DNA from: Balanoglossus misakiensis
Taxonomy: Eukaryota > Animalia > Hemichordata
Direction: 5' to 3'
Assembly (NCBI GenBank): GCA_040954595.2
Contig: CM082577.2
Coordinates: 15,383,903-15,447,902, forward strand
Length of the DNA: 64,000 nucleotides
A program made the translations under genes and the position numbers. This document shows, piece by piece, positions 48,901 through 64,000 of this stretch. The notes under the pieces were generated by a model. The model searched no databases. It was not told the DNA's origin and saw only the letters and a list, made by a program, of their open reading frames with translations. The stretch's first letter is position 1; each line of letters starts with the position of its first letter.

Positions 48901-51900
48901 TCATACTGTTTTCATTCATTCATTGCGGCATCAATATATTTTATCTATTCTAGCCAAAGAGCTTGGCACCTGTTGAAATGAACTCATCTGCTGTGGGCCA
49001 GTTTATTGGTGGCAGTTGAGCTGAGGAGAGCACCTTCTTTCCCGGCACGCCACCAAGTAAAGTTCCACGCCGCCCACCACAGATGCCAGCATTCATTCAT
49101 GCGAGTGAGTGTAATTGCAAATTTGCCTATTCTAGAATCTTACGTGCCATTGGAGAGCTCCATTGACTGGTCATTCATACTGTTTTCATTCATTCATTGC
49201 GGCATCAATATATTTTATCTATTCTAGCCAAAGAGCTTGGCACCTGTTGAAATGAACTCATCTGCTGTGGGCCAGTTTATTGGTGGCAGTTGAGCTGAGG
49301 AGAGCACCTTCTTTCCCGGCACGCCACCAAGTAAAGTTCCACGCCGCCCACCACAGATGCCAGCATTCATTCATGCGAGTGAGTGTAATTGCAAATTTGC
49401 CTATTTACGTGCCATTGGAGAGCTCCATTGACTGGTCATTCATACTGTTTTCATTCATTCATTGCGGCATCAATATATTTTATCTATTCTAGCCAAAGAG
49501 CTTGGCACCTGTTGAAATGAACTCATCTGCTGTGGGCCAGTTTATTGGTGGCAGTTGAGCTGAGGAGAGCACCTTCCTTCCCGGCACGCCACCAAGTAAA
49601 GTTCCACGCCGCCCACCACAGATGCCAGCATTCATTCATGCGAGTGAGTGTAATTGCAAATTTGCCTATTCTAGAATCTTACGTGCCATTGGAGAGCTCC
49701 ATTGACTGGTCATTCATACTGTTTTCATTCATTCATTGCGGCATCAATATATTTTATCTATTCTAGCCGAAGAGCTTGGCACCTGTTGAAATGAACTCAT
49801 CTGCTGTGGGCCAGTTTATTGGTGGCAGTTGAGCTGAGGAGAGCACCTTCCTTCCCGGCACGCCACCAAGTAAAGTTCCACGCCGCCCACCACAGATGCC
49901 AGCATTCATTCATGCGAGTGAGTGTAATTGCAAATTTGCCTATTCTAGATCTGTAATGGAAATGGAGAAAGTACCTTATATTTTCTGTAAAATAGACATT
50001 TAATTGGCAAGCCGTCCTGCATCAATTATTAATTGTGTACATGCACTAAAGCGCCCTCACTGCTGGGTGTGTTGTATGGTCTTTAACCCTGTTTCAAATT
50101 AGAGTACTTTCTGCAATTTCAAGACAGATCTTACGTGCCATTGGAGAGCTCCATTGACTGGTCATTCATACTGTTTTCATTCATTCATTGCGGCATCAAT
50201 ATATTTTATCTATTCTAGCCAAAGAGCTTGGCACCTGTTGAAATGAACTCATCTGCTGTGGGCCAGTTTATTGGTGGCAGTTGAGCTGAGGAGAGCACCT
50301 TCCTTCCCGGCACGCCACCAAGTAAAGTTCCACGCCGCCCACCACAGATGCCAGCATTCATTCATGCGAGTGAGTGTAATTGCAAATTTGCCTATTCTAG
50401 ATCTGTAATGGAAATGGAGAAAGTACCTTATATTTTCTGTAAAATAGACATTTAATTGGCAAGCCGTCCTGCATCAATTATTAATTGTGTACATGCACTA
50501 AAGCGCCCTCACTGCTGGGTGTGTTGTATGGTCTTTAACCCTGTTTCAAATTAGAGTACTTTCTGCAATTTCAAGACAGATCTTACGTGCCATTGGAGAG
50601 CTCCATTGACTGGTCATTCATACTGTTTTCATTCATTCATTGCGGCATCAATATATTTTATCTATTCTAGCCAAAGAGCTTGGCACCTGTTGAAATGAAC
50701 TCATCTGCTGTGGGCCAGTTTATTGGTGGCAGTTGAGCTGAGGAGAGCACCTTCTTTCCCGGCACGCCACCAAGTAAAGTTCCACGCCGCCCACCACAGA
50801 TGCCAGCATTCATTCATGCGAGTGAGTGTAATTGCAAATTTGCCTATTCTAGATCTGTAATGGAAATGGAGAAAGTACCTTATATTTTCTGTAAAATAGA
50901 CATTTAATTGGCAAGCCGTCCTGCATCAATTATTAATTGTGTACATGCACTAAAGCGCCCTCACTGCTGGGTGTGTTGTATGGTCTTTAACCCTGTTTCA
51001 AATTAGAGTACTTTCTGCAATTTCAAGACAGATCTTACGTGCCATTGGAGAGCTCCATTGACTGGTCATTCATACTGTTTTCATTCATTCATTGCGGCAT
51101 CAATATATTTTATCTATTCTAGCCAAAGAGCTTGGCACCTGTTGAAATGAACTCATCTGCTGTGGGCCAGTTTATTGGTGGCAGTTGAGCTGAGGAGAGC
51201 ACCTTCCTTCCCGGCACGCCACCAAGTAAAGTTCCACGCCGCCCACCACAGATGCCAGCATTCATTCATGCGAGTGAGTGTAATTGCAAATTTGCCTATT
51301 CTAGATCTGTAATGGAAATGGAGAAAGTACCTTATATTTTCTGTAAAATAGACATTTAATTGGCAAGCCGTCCTGCATCAATTATTAATTGTGTACATGC
51401 ACTAAAGCGCCCTCACTGCTGGGTGTGTTGTATGGTCTTTAACCCTGTTTCAAATTAGAGTACTTTCTGCAATTTCAAGACAGATCTTACGTGCCATTGG
51501 AGAGCTCCATTGACTGGTCATTCATACTGTTTTCATTCATTCATTGCGGCATCAATATATTTTATCTATTCTAGCCAAAGAGCTTGGCACCTGTTGAAAT
51601 GAACTCATCTGCTGTGGGCCAGTTTATTGGTGGCAGTTGAGCTGAGGAGAGCACCTTCCTTCCCGGCACGCCACCAAGTAAAGTTCCACGCCGCCCACCA
51701 CAGATGCCAGCATTCATTCATGCGAGTGAGTGTAATTGCAAATTTGCCTATTCTAGAATTCTTACGTGCCATTGGAGAGCTCCATTGACTGGTCATTCAT
51801 ACTGTTTTCATTCATTCATTGCGGCATCAATATATTTTATCTATTCTAGCCAAAGAGCTTGGCACCTGTTGAAATGAACTCATCTGCTGTGGGCCAGTTT

Positions 51901-54900
51901 ATTGGTGGCAGTTGAGCTGAGGAGAGCACCTTCCTTCCCGGCACGCCACCAAGTAAAGTTCCACGCCGCCCACCACAGATGCCAGCATTCATTCATGCGA
52001 GTGAGTGTAATTGCAAATTTGCCTATTCTAGATCTGTAATGGAAATGGAGAAAGTACCTTATATTTTCTGTAAAATAGACATTTAATTGGCAAGCCGTCC
52101 TGCATCAATTATTAATTGTGTACATGCACTAAAGCGCCCTCACTGCTGGGTGTGTTGTATGGTCTTTAACCCTGTTTCAAATTAGAGTACTTTCTGCAAT
52201 TTCAAGACAGATCTTACGTGCCATTGGAGAGCTCCATTGACTGGTCATTCATACTGTTTTCATTCATTCATTGCGGCATCAATATATTTTATCTATTCTA
52301 GCCAAAGAGCTTGGCACCTGTTGAAATGAACTCATCTGCTGTGGGCCAGTTTATTGGTGGCAGTTGAGCTGAGGAGAGCACCTTCTTTCCCGGCACGCCA
52401 CCAAGTAAAGTTCCACGCCGCCCACCACAGATGCCAGCATTCATTCATGCGAGTGAGTGTAATTGCAAATTTGCCTATTCTAGAATCTTACGTGCCATTG
52501 GAGAGCTCCATTGACTGGTCATTCATACTGTTTTCATTCATTCATTGCGGCATCAATATATTTTATCTATTCTAGCCAAAGAGCTTGGCACCTGTTGAAA
52601 TGAACTCATCTGCTGTGGGCCAGTTTATTGGTGGCAGTTGAGCTGAGGAGAGCACCTTCTTTCCCGGCACGCCACCAAGTAAAGTTCCACGCCGCCCACC
52701 ACAGATGCCAGCATTCATTCATGCGAGTGAGTGTAATTGCAAATTTGCCTATTTACGTGCCATTGGAGAGCTCCATTGACTGGTCATTCATACTGTTTTC
52801 ATTCATTCATTGCGGCATCAATATATTTTATCTATTCTAGCCAAAGAGCTTGGCACCTGTTGAAATGAACTCATCTGCTGTGGGCCAGTTTATTGGTGGC
52901 AGTTGAGCTGAGGAGAGCACCTTCCTTCCCGGCACGCCACCAAGTAAAGTTCCACGCCGCCCACCACAGATGCCAGCATTCATTCATGCGAGTGAGTGTA
53001 ATTGCAAATTTGCCTATTCTAGATCTGTAATGGAAATGGAGAAAGTACCTTATATTTTCTGTAAAATAGACATTTAATTGGCAAGCCGTCCTGCATCAAT
53101 TATTAATTGTGTACATGCACTAAAGCGCCCTCACTGCTGGGTGTGTTGTATGGTCTTTAACCCTGTTTCAAATTAGAGTACTTTCTGCAATTTCAAGACA
53201 GATCTTACGTGCCATTGGAGAGCTCCATTGACTGGTCATTCATACTGTTTTCATTCATTCATTGCGGCATCAATATATTTTATCTATTCTAGCCAAAGAG
53301 CTTGGCACCTGTTGAAATGAACTCATCTGCTGTGGGCCAGTTTATTGGTGGCAGTTGAGCTGAGGAGAGCACCTTCTTTCCCGGCACGCCACCAAGTAAA
53401 GTTCCACGCCGCCCACCACAGATGCCAGCATTCATTCATGCGAGTGAGTGTAATTGCAAATTTGCCTATTCTAGAATCTTACGTGCCATTGGAGAGCTCC
53501 ATTGACTGGTCATTCATACTGTTTTCATTTATTCATTGCGGCATCAATATATTTTATCTATTCTAGCCAAAGAGCTTGGCACCTGTTGAAATGAACTCAT
53601 CTGCTGTGGGCCAGTTTATTGGTGGCAGTTGAGCTGAGGAGAGCACCTTCTTTCCCGGCACGCCACCAAGTAAAGTTCCACGCCGCCCACCACAGATGCC
53701 AGCATTCATTCATGCGAGTGAGTGTAATTGCAAATTTGCCTATTCTAGAATCTTACGTGCCATTGGAGAGCTCCATTGACTGGTCATTCATACTGTTTTC
53801 ATTCATTCATTGCAGCATCAATATATTTTATCTATTCTAGCCAAAGAGCTTGGCACCTGTTGAAATGAACTCATCTGCTGTGGGCCAGTTTATTGGTGGC
53901 AGTTGAGCTGAGGAGAGCACCTTCCTTCCCGGCACGCCACCAAGTAAAGTTCCACGCCGCCCACCACAGATGCCAGCATTCATTCATGCGAGTGAGTGTA
54001 ATTGCAAATTTGCCTATTCTAGAATCTTACGTGCCATTGGAGAGCTCCATTGACTGGTCATTCATACTGTTTTCATTCATTCATTGCGGCATCAATATAT
54101 TTTATCTATTCTAGCCAAAGAGCTTGGCACCTGTTGAAATGAACTCATCTGCTGTGGGCCAGTTTATTGGTGGCAGTTGAGCTGAGGAGAGCACCTTCCT
54201 TCCCGGCACGCCACCAAGTAAAGTTCCACGCCGCCCACCACAGATGCCAGCATTCATTCATGCGAGTGAGTGTAATTGCAAATTTGCCTATTCTAGAATC
54301 TTACGTGCCATTGGAGAGCTCCATTGACTGGTCATTCATACTGTTTTCATTCATTCATTGCGGCATCAATATATTTTATCTATTCTAGCCGAAGAGCTTG
54401 GCACCTGTTGAAATGAACTCATCTGCTGTGGGCCAGTTTATTGGTGGCAGTTGAGCTGAGGAGAGCACCTTCCTTCCCGGCACGCCACCAAGTAAAGTTC
54501 CACGCCGCCCACCACAGATGCCAGCATTCATTCATGCGAGTGAGTGTAATTGCAAATTTGCCTATTCTAGATCTGTAATGGAAATGGAGAAAGTACCTTA
54601 TATTTTCTGTAAAATAGACATTTAATTGGCAAGCCGTCCTGCATCAATTATTAATTGTGTACATGCACTAAAGCGCCCTCACTGCTGGGTGTGTTGTATG
54701 GTCTTTAACCCTGTTTCAAATTAGAGTACTTTCTGCAATTTCAAGACAGATCTTACGTGCCATTGGAGAGCTCCATTGACTGGTCATTCATACTGTTTTC
54801 ATTCATTCATTGCGGCATCAATATATTTTATCTATTCTAGCCAAAGAGCTTGGCACCTGTTGAAATGAACTCATCTGCTGTGGGCCAGTTTATTGGTGGC

Positions 54901-57900
54901 AGTTGAGCTGAGGAGAGCACCTTCCTTCCCGGCACGCCACCAAGTAAAGTTCCACGCCGCCCACCACAGATGCCAGCATTCATTCATGCGAGTGAGTGTA
55001 ATTGCAAATTTGCCTATTCTAGATTCTTACGTGCCATTGGAGAGCTCCATTGACTGGTCATTCATACTGTTTTCATTCATTCATTGCGGCATCAATATAT
55101 TTTATCTATTCTAGCCAAAGAGCTTGGCACCTGTTGAAATGAACTCATCTGCTGTGGGCCAGTTTATTGGTGGCAGTTGAGCTGAGGAGAGCACCTTCCT
55201 TCCCGGCACGCCACCAAGTAAAGTTCCACGCCGCCCACCACAGATGCCAGCATTCATTCATGCGAGTGAGTGTAATTGCAAATTTGCCTATTCTAGAATC
55301 TTACGTGCCATTGGAGAGCTCCATTGACTGGTCATTCATACTGTTTTCATTCATTCATTGCGGCATCAATATATTTTATCTATTCTAGCCAAAGAGCTTG
55401 GCACCTGTTGAAATGAACTCATCTGCTGTGGGCCAGTTTATTGGTGGCAGTTGAGCTGAGGAGAGCACCTTCCTTCCCGGCACGCCACCAAGTAAAGTTC
55501 CACGCCGCCCACCACAGATGCCAGCATTCATTCATGCGAGTGAGTGTAATTGCAAATTTGCCTATTCTAGATCTGTAATGGAAATGGAGAAAGTACCTTA
55601 TATTTTCTGTAAAATAGACATTTAATTGGCAAGCCGTCCTGCATCAATTATTAATTGTGTACATGCACTAAAGCGCCCTCACTGCTGGGTGTGTTGTATG
55701 GTCTTTAACCCTGTTTCAAATTAGAGTACTTTCTGCAATTTCAAGACAGATCTTACGTGCCATTGGAGAGCTCCATTGACTGGTCATTCATACTGTTTTC
55801 ATTCATTCATTGCGGCATCAATATATTTTATCTATTCTAGCCAAAGAGCTTGGCACCTGTTGAAATGAACTCATCTGCTGTGGGCCAGTTTATTGGTGGC
55901 AGTTGAGCTGAGGAGAGCACCTTCCTTCCCGGCACGCCACCAAGTAAAGTTCCACGCCGCCCACCACAGATGCCAGCATTCATTCATGCGAGTGAGTGTA
56001 ATTGCAAATTTGCCTATTCTAGATCTGTAATGGAAATGGAGAAAGTACCTTATATTTTCTGTAAAATAGACATTTAATTGGCAAGCCGTCCTGCATCAAT
56101 TATTAATTGTGTACATGCACTAAAGCGCCCTCACTGCTGGGTGTGTTGTATGGTCTTTAACCCTGTTTCAAATTAGAGTACTTTCTGCAATTTCAAGACA
56201 GATCTTACGTGCCATTGGAGAGCTCCATTGACTGGTCATTCATACTGTTTTCATTCATTCATTGCGGCATCAATATATTTTATCTATTCTAGCCAAAGAG
56301 CTTGGCACCTGTTGAAATGAACTCATCTGCTGTGGGCCAGTTTATTGGTGGCAGTTGAGCTGAGGAGAGCACCTTCCTTCCCGGCACGCCACCAAGTAAA
56401 GTTCCACGCCGCCCACCACAGATGCCAGCATTCATTCATGCGAGTGAGTGTAATTGCAAATTTGCCTATTCTAGATCTGTAATGGAAATGGAGAAAGTAC
56501 CTTATATTTTCTGTAAAATAGACATTTAATTGGCAAGCCGTCCTGCATCAATTATTAATTGTGTACATGCACTAAAGCGCCCTCACTGCTGGGTGTGTTG
56601 TATGGTCTTTAACCCTGTTTCAAATTAGAGTACTTTCTGCAATTTCAAGACAGATCTTACGTGCCATTGGAGAGCTCCATTGACTGGTCATTCATACTGT
56701 TTTCATTCATTCATTGCGGCATCAATATATTTTATCTATTCTAGCCAAAGAGCTTGGCACCTGTTGAAATGAACTCATCTGCTGTGGGCCAGTTTATTGG
56801 TGGCAGTTGAGCTGAGGAGAGCACCTTCCTTCCCGGCACGCCACCAAGTAAAGTTCCACGCCGCCCACCACAGATGCCAGCATTCATTCATGCGAGTGAG
56901 TGTAATTGCAAATTTGCCTATTCTAGATCTGTAATGGAAATGGAGAAAGTACCTTATATTTTCTGTAAAATAGACATTTAATTGGCAAGCCGTCCTGCAT
57001 CAATTATTAATTGTGTACATGCACTAAAGCGCCCTCACTGCTGGGTGTGTTGTATGGTCTTTAACCCTGTTTCAAATTAGAGTACTTTCTGCAATTTCAA
57101 GACAGATCTTACGTGCCATTGGAGAGCTCCATTGACTGGTCATTCATACTGTTTTCATTCATTCATTGCGGCATCAATATATTTTATCTATTCTAGCCAA
57201 AGAGCTTGGCACCTGTTGAAATGAACTCATCTGCTGTGGGCCAGTTTATTGGTGGCAGTTGAGCTGAGGAGAGCACCTTCCTTCCCGGCACGCCACCAAG
57301 TAAAGTTCCACGCCGCCCACCACAGATGCCAGCATTCATTCATGCGAGTGAGTGTAATTGCAAATTTGCCTATTCTAGATCTGTAATGGAAATGGAGAAA
57401 GTACCTTATATTTTCTGTAAAATAGACATTTAATTGGCAAGCCGTCCTGCATCAATTATTAATTGTGTACATGCACTAAAGCGCCCTCACTGCTGGGTGT
57501 GTTGTATGGTCTTTAACCCTGTTTCAAATTAGAGTACTTTCTGCAATTTCAAGACAGATCTTACGTGCCATTGGAGAGCTCCATTGACTGGTCATTCATA
57601 CTGTTTTCATTCATTCATTGCGGCATCAATATATTTTATCTATTCTAGCCAAAGAGCTTGGCACCTGTTGAAATGAACTCATCTGCTGTGGGCCAGTTTA
57701 TTGGTGGCAGTTGAGCTGAGGAGAGCACCTTCCTTCCCGGCACGCCACCAAGTAAAGTTCCACGCCGCCCACCACAGATGCCAGCATTCATTCATGCGAG
57801 TGAGTGTAATTGCAAATTTGCCTATTCTAGATCTGTAATGGAAATGGAGAAAGTACCTTATATTTTCTGTAAAATAGACATTTAATTGGCAAGCCGTCCT

Positions 57901-60900
57901 GCATCAATTATTAATTGTGTACATGCACTAAAGCGCCCTCACTGCTGGGTGTGTTGTATGGTCTTTAACCCTGTTTCAAATTAGAGTACTTTCTGCAATT
58001 TCAAGACAGATCTTACGTGCCATTGGAGAGCTCCATTGACTGGTCATTCATACTGTTTTCATTCATTCATTGCGGCATCAATATATTTTATCTATTCTAG
58101 CCAAAGAGCTTGGCACCTGTTGAAATGAACTCATCTGCTGTGGGCCAGTTTATTGGTGGCAGTTGAGCTGAGGAGAGCACCTTCTTTCCCGGCACGCCAC
58201 CAAGTAAAGTTCCACGCCGCCCACCACAGATGCCAGCATTCATTCATGCGAGTGAGTGTAATTGCAAATTTGCCTATTTACGTGCCATTGGAGAGCTCCA
58301 TTGACTGGTCATTCATACTGTTTTCATTCATTCATTGCGGCATCAATATATTTTATCTATTCTAGCCAAAGAGCTTGGCACCTGTTGAAATGAACTCATC
58401 TGCTGTGGGCCAGTTTATTGGTGGCAGTTGAGCTGAGGAGAGCACCTTCCTTCCCGGCACGCCACCAAGTAAAGTTCCACGCCGCCCACCACAGATGCCA
58501 GCATTCATTCATGCGAGTGAGTGTAATTGCAAATTTGCCTATTCTAGATCTGTAATGGAAATGGAGAAAGTACCTTATATTTTCTGTAAAATAGACATTT
58601 AATTGGCAAGCCGTCCTGCATCAATTATTAATTGTGTACATGCACTAAAGCGCCCTCACTGCTGGGTGTGTTGTATGGTCTTTAACCCTGTTTCAAATTA
58701 GAGTACTTTCTGCAATTTCAAGACAGATCTTACGTGCCATTGGAGAGCTCCATTGACTGGTCATTCATACTGTTTTCATTCATTCATTGCGGCATCAATA
58801 TATTTTATCTATTCTAGCCAAAGAGCTTGGCACCTGTTGAAATGAACTCATCTGCTGTGGGCCAGTTTATTGGTGGCAGTTGAGCTGAGGAGAGCACCTT
58901 CCTTCCCGGCACGCCACCAAGTAAAGTTCCACGCCGCCCACCACAGATGCCAGCATTCATTCATGCGAGTGAGTGTAATTGCAAATTTGCCTATTCTAGA
59001 ATTCTTACGTGCCATTGGAGAGCTCCATTGACTGGTCATTCATACTGTTTTCATTCATTCATTGCGGCATCAATATATTTTATCTATTCTAGCCAAAGAG
59101 CTTGGCACCTGTTGAAATGAACTCATCTGCTGTGGGCCAGTTTATTGGTGGCAGTTGAGCTGAGGAGAGCACCTTCCTTCCCGGCACGCCACCAAGTAAA
59201 GTTCCACGCCGCCCACCACAGATGCCAGCATTCATTCATGCGAGTGAGTGTAATTGCAAATTTGCCTATTCTAGATCTGTAATGGAAATGGAGAAAGTAC
59301 CTTATATTTTCTGTAAAATAGACATTTAATTGGCAAGCCGTCCTGCATCAATTATTAATTGTGTACATGCACTAAAGCGCCCTCACTGCTGGGTGTGTTG
59401 TATGGTCTTTAACCCTGTTTCAAATTAGAGTACTTTCTGCAATTTCAAGACAGATCTTACGTGCCATTGGAGAGCTCCATTGACTGGTCATTCATACTGT
59501 TTTCATTCATTCATTGCGGCATCAATATATTTTATCTATTCTAGCCAAAGAGCTTGGCACCTGTTGAAATGAACTCATCTGCTGTGGGCCAGTTTATTGG
59601 TGGCAGTTGAGCTGAGGAGAGCACCTTCTTTCCCGGCACGCCACCAAGTAAAGTTCCACGCCGCCCACCACAGATGCCAGCATTCATTCATGCGAGTGAG
59701 TGTAATTGCAAATTTGCCTATTCTAGAATCTTACGTGCCATTGGAGAGCTCCATTGACTGGTCATTCATACTGTTTTCATTCATTCATTGCGGCATCAAT
59801 ATATTTTATCTATTCTAGCCAAAGAGCTTGGCACCTGTTGAAATGAACTCATCTGCTGTGGGCCAGTTTATTGGTGGCAGTTGAGCTGAGGAGAGCACCT
59901 TCTTTCCCGGCACGCCACCAAGTAAAGTTCCACGCCGCCCACCACAGATGCCAGCATTCATTCATGCGAGTGAGTGTAATTGCAAATTTGCCTATTTACG
60001 TGCCATTGGAGAGCTCCATTGACTGGTCATTCATACTGTTTTCATTCATTCATTGCGGCATCAATATATTTTATCTATTCTAGCCAAAGAGCTTGGCACC
60101 TGTTGAAATGAACTCATCTGCTGTGGGCCAGTTTATTGGTGGCAGTTGAGCTGAGGAGAGCACCTTCCTTCCCGGCACGCCACCAAGTAAAGTTCCACGC
60201 CGCCCACCACAGATGCCAGCATTCATTCATGCGAGTGAGTGTAATTGCAAATTTGCCTATTCTAGATCTGTAATGGAAATGGAGAAAGTACCTTATATTT
60301 TCTGTAAAATAGACATTTAATTGGCAAGCCGTCCTGCATCAATTATTAATTGTGTACATGCACTAAAGCGCCCTCACTGCTGGGTGTGTTGTATGGTCTT
60401 TAACCCTGTTTCAAATTAGAGTACTTTCTGCAATTTCAAGACAGATCTTACGTGCCATTGGAGAGCTCCATTGACTGGTCATTCATACTGTTTTCATTCA
60501 TTCATTGCGGCATCAATATATTTTATCTATTCTAGCCAAAGAGCTTGGCACCTGTTGAAATGAACTCATCTGCTGTGGGCCAGTTTATTGGTGGCAGTTG
60601 AGCTGAGGAGAGCACCTTCTTTCCCGGCACGCCACCAAGTAAAGTTCCACGCCGCCCACCACAGATGCCAGCATTCATTCATGCGAGTGAGTGTAATTGC
60701 AAATTTGCCTATTCTAGAATCTTACGTGCCATTGGAGAGCTCCATTGACTGGTCATTCATACTGTTTTCATTCATTCATTGCGGCATCAATATATTTTAT
60801 CTATTCTAGCCAAAGAGCTTGGCACCTGTTGAAATGAACTCATCTGCTGTGGGCCAGTTTATTGGTGGCAGTTGAGCTGAGGAGAGCACCTTCTTTCCCG

Positions 60901-63900
60901 GCACGCCACCAAGTAAAGTTCCACGCCGCCCACCACAGATGCCAGCATTCATTCATGCGAGTGAGTGTAATTGCAAATTTGCCTATTCTAGAATCTTACG
61001 TGCCATTGGAGAGCTCCATTGACTGGTCATTCATACTGTTTTCATTCATTCATTGCGGCATCAATATATTTTATCTATTCTAGCCAAAGAGCTTGGCACC
61101 TGTTGAAATGAACTCATCTGCTGTGGGCCAGTTTATTGGTGGCAGTTGAGCTGAGGAGAGCACCTTCCTTCCCGGCACGCCACCAAGTAAAGTTCCACGC
61201 CGCCCACCACAGATGCCAGCATTCATTCATGCGAGTGAGTGTAATTGCAAATTTGCCTATTCTAGAATCTTACGTGCCATTGGAGAGCTCCATTGACTGG
61301 TCATTCATACTGTTTTCATTCATTCATTGCGGCATCAATATATTTTATCTATTCTAGCCAAAGAGCTTGGCACCTGTTGAAATGAACTCATCTGCTGTGG
61401 GCCAGTTTATTGGTGGCAGTTGAGCTGAGGAGAGCACCTTCCTTCCCGGCACGCCACCAAGTAAAGTTCCACGCCGCCCACCACAGATGCCAGCATTCAT
61501 TCATGCGAGTGAGTGTAATTGCAAATTTGCCTATTCTAGAATCTTACGTGCCATTGGAGAGCTCCATTGACTGGTCATTCATACTGTTTTCATTCATTCA
61601 TTGCGGCATCAATATATTTTATCTATTCTAGCCGAAGAGCTTGGCACCTGTTGAAATGAACTCATCTGCTGTGGGCCAGTTTATTGGTGGCAGTTGAGCT
61701 GAGGAGAGCACCTTCCTTCCCGGCACGCCACCAAGTAAAGTTCCACGCCGCCCACCACAGATGCCAGCATTCATTCATGCGAGTGAGTGTAATTGCAAAT
61801 TTGCCTATTCTAGATCTGTAATGGAAATGGAGAAAGTACCTTATATTTTCTGTAAAATAGACATTTAATTGGCAAGCCGTCCTGCATCAATTATTAATTG
61901 TGTACATGCACTAAAGCGCCCTCACTGCTGGGTGTGTTGTATGGTCTTTAACCCTGTTTCAAATTAGAGTACTTTCTGCAATTTCAAGACAGATCTTACG
62001 TGCCATTGGAGAGCTCCATTGACTGGTCATTCATACTGTTTTCATTCATTCATTGCGGCATCAATATATTTTATCTATTCTAGCCAAAGAGCTTGGCACC
62101 TGTTGAAATGAACTCATCTGCTGTGGGCCAGTTTATTGGTGGCAGTTGAGCTGAGGAGAGCACCTTCCTTCCCGGCACGCCACCAAGTAAAGTTCCACGC
62201 CGCCCACCACAGATGCCAGCATTCATTCATGCGAGTGAGTGTAATTGCAAATTTGCCTATTCTAGATTCTTACGTGCCATTGGAGAGCTCCATTGACTGG
62301 TCATTCATACTGTTTTCATTCATTCATTGCGGCATCAATATATTTTATCTATTCTAGCCAAAGAGCTTGGCACCTGTTGAAATGAACTCATCTGCTGTGG
62401 GCCAGTTTATTGGTGGCAGTTGAGCTGAGGAGAGCACCTTCCTTCCCGGCACGCCACCAAGTAAAGTTCCACGCCGCCCACCACAGATGCCAGCATTCAT
62501 TCATGCGAGTGAGTGTAATTGCAAATTTGCCTATTCTAGAATCTTACGTGCCATTGGAGAGCTCCATTGACTGGTCATTCATACTGTTTTCATTCATTCA
62601 TTGCGGCATCAATATATTTTATCTATTCTAGCCAAAGAGCTTGGCACCTGTTGAAATGAACTCATCTGCTGTGGGCCAGTTTATTGGTGGCAGTTGAGCT
62701 GAGGAGAGCACCTTCCTTCCCGGCACGCCACCAAGTAAAGTTCCACGCCGCCCACCACAGATGCCAGCATTCATTCATGCGAGTGAGTGTAATTGCAAAT
62801 TTGCCTATTCTAGATCTGTAATGGAAATGGAGAAAGTACCTTATATTTTCTGTAAAATAGACATTTAATTGGCAAGCCGTCCTGCATCAATTATTAATTG
62901 TGTACATGCACTAAAGCGCCCTCACTGCTGGGTGTGTTGTATGGTCTTTAACCCTGTTTCAAATTAGAGTACTTTCTGCAATTTCAAGACAGATCTTACG
63001 TGCCATTGGAGAGCTCCATTGACTGGTCATTCATACTGTTTTCATTCATTCATTGCGGCATCAATATATTTTATCTATTCTAGCCAAAGAGCTTGGCACC
63101 TGTTGAAATGAACTCATCTGCTGTGGGCCAGTTTATTGGTGGCAGTTGAGCTGAGGAGAGCACCTTCCTTCCCGGCACGCCACCAAGTAAAGTTCCACGC
63201 CGCCCACCACAGATGCCAGCATTCATTCATGCGAGTGAGTGTAATTGCAAATTTGCCTATTCTAGATCTGTAATGGAAATGGAGAAAGTACCTTATATTT
63301 TCTGTAAAATAGACATTTAATTGGCAAGCCGTCCTGCATCAATTATTAATTGTGTACATGCACTAAAGCGCCCTCACTGCTGGGTGTGTTGTATGGTCTT
63401 TAACCCTGTTTCAAATTAGAGTACTTTCTGCAATTTCAAGACAGATCTTACGTGCCATTGGAGAGCTCCATTGACTGGTCATTCATACTGTTTTCATTCA
63501 TTCATTGCGGCATCAATATATTTTATCTATTCTAGCCAAAGAGCTTGGCACCTGTTGAAATGAACTCATCTGCTGTGGGCCAGTTTATTGGTGGCAGTTG
63601 AGCTGAGGAGAGCACCTTCCTTCCCGGCACGCCACCAAGTAAAGTTCCACGCCGCCCACCACAGATGCCAGCATTCATTCATGCGAGTGAGTGTAATTGC
63701 AAATTTGCCTATTCTAGATCTGTAATGGAAATGGAGAAAGTACCTTATATTTTCTGTAAAATAGACATTTAATTGGCAAGCCGTCCTGCATCAATTATTA
63801 ATTGTGTACATGCACTAAAGCGCCCTCACTGCTGGGTGTGTTGTATGGTCTTTAACCCTGTTTCAAATTAGAGTACTTTCTGCAATTTCAAGACAGATCT

Positions 63901-64000
63901 TACGTGCCATTGGAGAGCTCCATTGACTGGTCATTCATACTGTTTTCATTCATTCATTGCGGCATCAATATATTTTATCTATTCTAGCCAAAGAGCTTGG
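42913..64000 (+). repeat. Satellite array 3 with a rearranged 5887-bp HOR followed by 7243-bp HORs; runs off the window end
   Basis: HOR starts at 46467 (S X L S S S S L S X S L4 E L), 52354 and 59597. Confidence 0.95.

Noticed and set aside
14411-62631. Dozens of 70-73 aa ORFs (MVAVELRR...) and 63 aa reverse ORFs
   Set aside because: These are chance frames in short satellite monomers. The + ORFs start at TTG, show no domain signal, and appear or vanish with junction type.

Overview
Eukaryotic, probably animal, DNA (GT-AG introns, TATA box). About 75% of the window is one satellite family built from a 452-bp monomer and 274/275/265-bp short variants, arranged in higher-order repeats. The satellite is interrupted twice, about 31.8 kb apart, by a near-identical ~8.2-kb gene cassette (2965-11121 and 34760-42912). 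The cassette carries three things: (i) a Sola1-like DDD/E transposase split into two head-to-head genes, with the Cys/His-rich N-half on - and the catalytic half on +; (ii) a 4-exon gene, fragmented in the ORF track, that fuses a winged-helix-like domain to a SETD8/PR-Set7-like histone methyltransferase; (iii) a small His-Me finger (His-Cys box-like) endonuclease. Long and short monomers differ by a 177-bp TIR-bounded unit (CTGT...ACAG, flanked by AT). The four short-monomer junctions look like hairpin-type excision footprints. The cassette's right end runs directly into that unit's right end, and the cassette holds a diverged copy of the satellite core. The best inference is a composite DNA transposon with a chromatin writer and a nuclease, sitting in a satellite made from its own parts. 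Family assignments come from motif recognition, not database searches.
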